From Octopus bimaculoides (taxonomy: Eukaryota): DNA of 64,000 nucleotides. Positions 62,259-64,000 of this stretch are shown here, piece by piece (the stretch's first letter is position 1; each line of letters starts with the position of its first letter). Below the pieces are notes generated by a model. The model saw only the letters and a list, made by a program, of their open reading frames with translations, made no database searches and was not told where the DNA came from. A program made the translations under genes and the position numbers. Location: positions 111,993,703-112,057,702 of the forward strand of contig NC_068983.1 in NCBI RefSeq assembly GCF_001194135.2, written 5' to 3'.

Positions 62259-62660
62259 NNNNNNNNNNNNNNNNNNNNNNNNNNNNNNNNNNNNNNNNNN
62301 NNNNNNNNNNNNNNNNNNNNNNNNNNNNNNNNNNNNNNNNNNNNNNNNNNNNNNNNNNNNNNNNNNNNNNNNNNNNNNNNNNNNNNNNNNNNNNNNNNNN
62401 NNNNNNNNNNNNNNNNNNNNNNNNNNNNNNNNNNNNNNNNNNNNNNNNNNNNNNNNNNNNNNNNNNNNNNNNNNNNNNNNNNNNNNNNNNNNNNNNNNNN
62501 NNNNNNNNNNNNNNNNNNNNNNNNNNNNNNNNNNNNNNNNNNNNNNNNNNNNNNNNNNNNNNNNNNNNNNNNNNNNNNNNNNNNNNNNNNNNNNNNNNNN
62601 NNNNNNNNNNNNNNNNNNNNNNNNNNNNNNNNNNNNNNNNNNNNNNNNNNNNNNNNNNNN

Positions 62661-63780
62661 TTCTCCCTCTTTTCCTTCATGAAGGCTCGATAGGTAGTAG
62701 CAGATCTGAAGAAAGTGTGTTTATGGATGCAGAGAAATGTTTGGTTCTAAAGTTAGATGGTTAAGCAGCAGCAGCTGAGAAAGGAGATGAGCAAAGAAGA
62801 AGGAAAAGAAGAAGGAAACGAAGAAGAAGAAGAAGAAGAAGAAGAAGAAGAAGAAGAAGAAGAAGAAGAAGAAGAAGAAGAAGAAGAAGAAGAAGAAAAC
62901 GAGAGTGGTATGACCCAGTAGTAAAGCTGTCCATGGAATCTACTTTAATGGTCAAGTACACTCATCAACAACATCAAAACCAACAGTAGAAGATGCAGAA
63001 GATCTAACTGTGGGATATGCATCAGCCTAATTGAGAGATCCGAGTTCTCCTTCAAACAGGGTCAACGTTTTACAGTGAAAAATAACTTCGCATGTGTTTT
63101 GGAAAACCTAATATATGTGTTACCTTGCTCAGGGTGTCAAGAGCAATACATTGGTCAAACTAAAAACAGTCTATGCCAAGGGATGACTGTACATAGATCC
63201 CAGATTAAAGTACGAGAATACAGAAGAACTGCATGAGGTAAACATGTCGACATTTGGACCACTAATGAACAATCCAACTTTAGAATATTTCCCCTCTATA
63301 AATTTAGGGACAAAGCAACCTATAATCAGTGCATTAGCAAAGAATCATATTTTATCGCAAAATATAAACCTCTTTTGAATGCTTCCACCACAGATGACAT
63401 TGCTACAAGGATCTTAGAATAATATCCAAGCAAATATTAAAATGATAGATATATTAAGAACAGTTGATACCCACAAACTTATTTAAAACTGTTTCTACCA
63501 CTACTGCTATAACCACAGCAGGTCACTTTTAGGTCACTTGACCATTAAAGTAGATTCCATGGACAGCTCTACTACTGGGTCATACCACTCCGGTCTTCTT
63601 CTTCTTCTTCTTCTTCTTCTTCGTTTCCTTCTTCTTTTCCTTCTTCTTTGCTCATCTCCTTTCTCAGTTGCTGCTGCTTAAACCATCAAACTTTAGAACC
63701 AANNNNNNNNNNCATAAACACACTTTCTTCAGATCTGCTACTACCTATCGAGCCTTCATGAAGGAAAAGAGGGAGAGAGA
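62661..63780 (+). mobile_element. Penelope-like element fragment: GIY-YIG endonuclease flanked by ~250-300-bp inverted repeats
   Basis: 62980-63380 translates as RCRRSNCGIC...FACVLENLIYVLPCSGCQEQYIGQTKNSLCQGMTVHRSQIK (Cys linker plus IY...YIG). Arms 62661-62957 and 63536-63780 are reverse complements and contain (GAA)n/(CTT)n. Confidence 0.85.
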
Positions 63781-64000
63781 GAAAGAAAAAATGAAAATGT
63801 CCTACCTATTTGAAGACAATGGAAATATTTACAAAACATTTCATAATAATTTTTTCTTCAATTTAATTGTTTTTCTTGTTTTACTCTTAGTTGAAAAAGT
63901 CAAAATGACTGAAACTGTTACTAACCTTTACAAAATGTATTTCATGATAAAAATTATACTTTGTCTTACTTTCCTCATACATATCTGCTCATGTGTTACT

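Larger units (their letters stand above)
1730..63712. other. Assembly gaps (N-runs)
   Basis: N-runs at 1730-2321, 12690-13686, 27283-27555, 30749-30912, 33419-33871, 34779-35154, 37109-37479, 50348-51189, 62259-62660 and 63703-63712. Most are flanked by microsatellites or tandem repeats. Confidence 0.98.

Noticed and set aside
1651-62682. Many long ORF-track entries rich in YI/HT/CV/RE or X
   Set aside because: They are translations of (TA)n, (CA)n or (GA)n microsatellites and N-gaps, not genes.
62705-62760. Hammerhead ribozyme in the Penelope arm (CTGAAGA...GAAA)
   Set aside because: Stem II is weak, I could not build stems I and III, and it is antisense to the endonuclease in the downstream arm.

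Overview
AT-rich, repeat-dense eukaryotic genomic DNA from a gapped short-read assembly (10 N-runs). The SINE families, RTE-type (ATC)n tails and abundant (TA)n/(CA)n microsatellites resemble those I recognise from Octopus genomes; the species call is inference. One clear host gene is present on the minus strand: a C2H2 zinc-finger protein with 10 fingers and an AT-hook-like motif, encoded mostly by a ~2.5 kb terminal exon (17585->15058). A candidate upstream coding exon lies at 27875->27710 in a CpG-rich, promoter-like patch. The rest is intronic or intergenic and full of decayed mobile DNA: RTE LINE fragments, an R4/RLE-type LINE, two mariners, a hAT transposase relic, a Penelope-like GIY-YIG fragment, Helitron/Helentron-like pieces, piggyBac-, hAT- and Merlin-like non-autonomous elements, long palindromic MITEs and many SINEs. 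I found no prokaryotic system, CRISPR array, rRNA or true tRNA gene. The most unusual structures are a 1.77 kb foldback element built from inverted satellite arms, a mariner carrying an inverted copy of its own 3' end plus flank, a minisatellite expanded from a LINE 3' UTR, and a possible acid-free 78-aa overlapping ORF in the zinc-finger mRNA. None of these is demonstrably a new biological system from sequence alone. Element boundaries are read by eye and are approximate unless a TSD is quoted.
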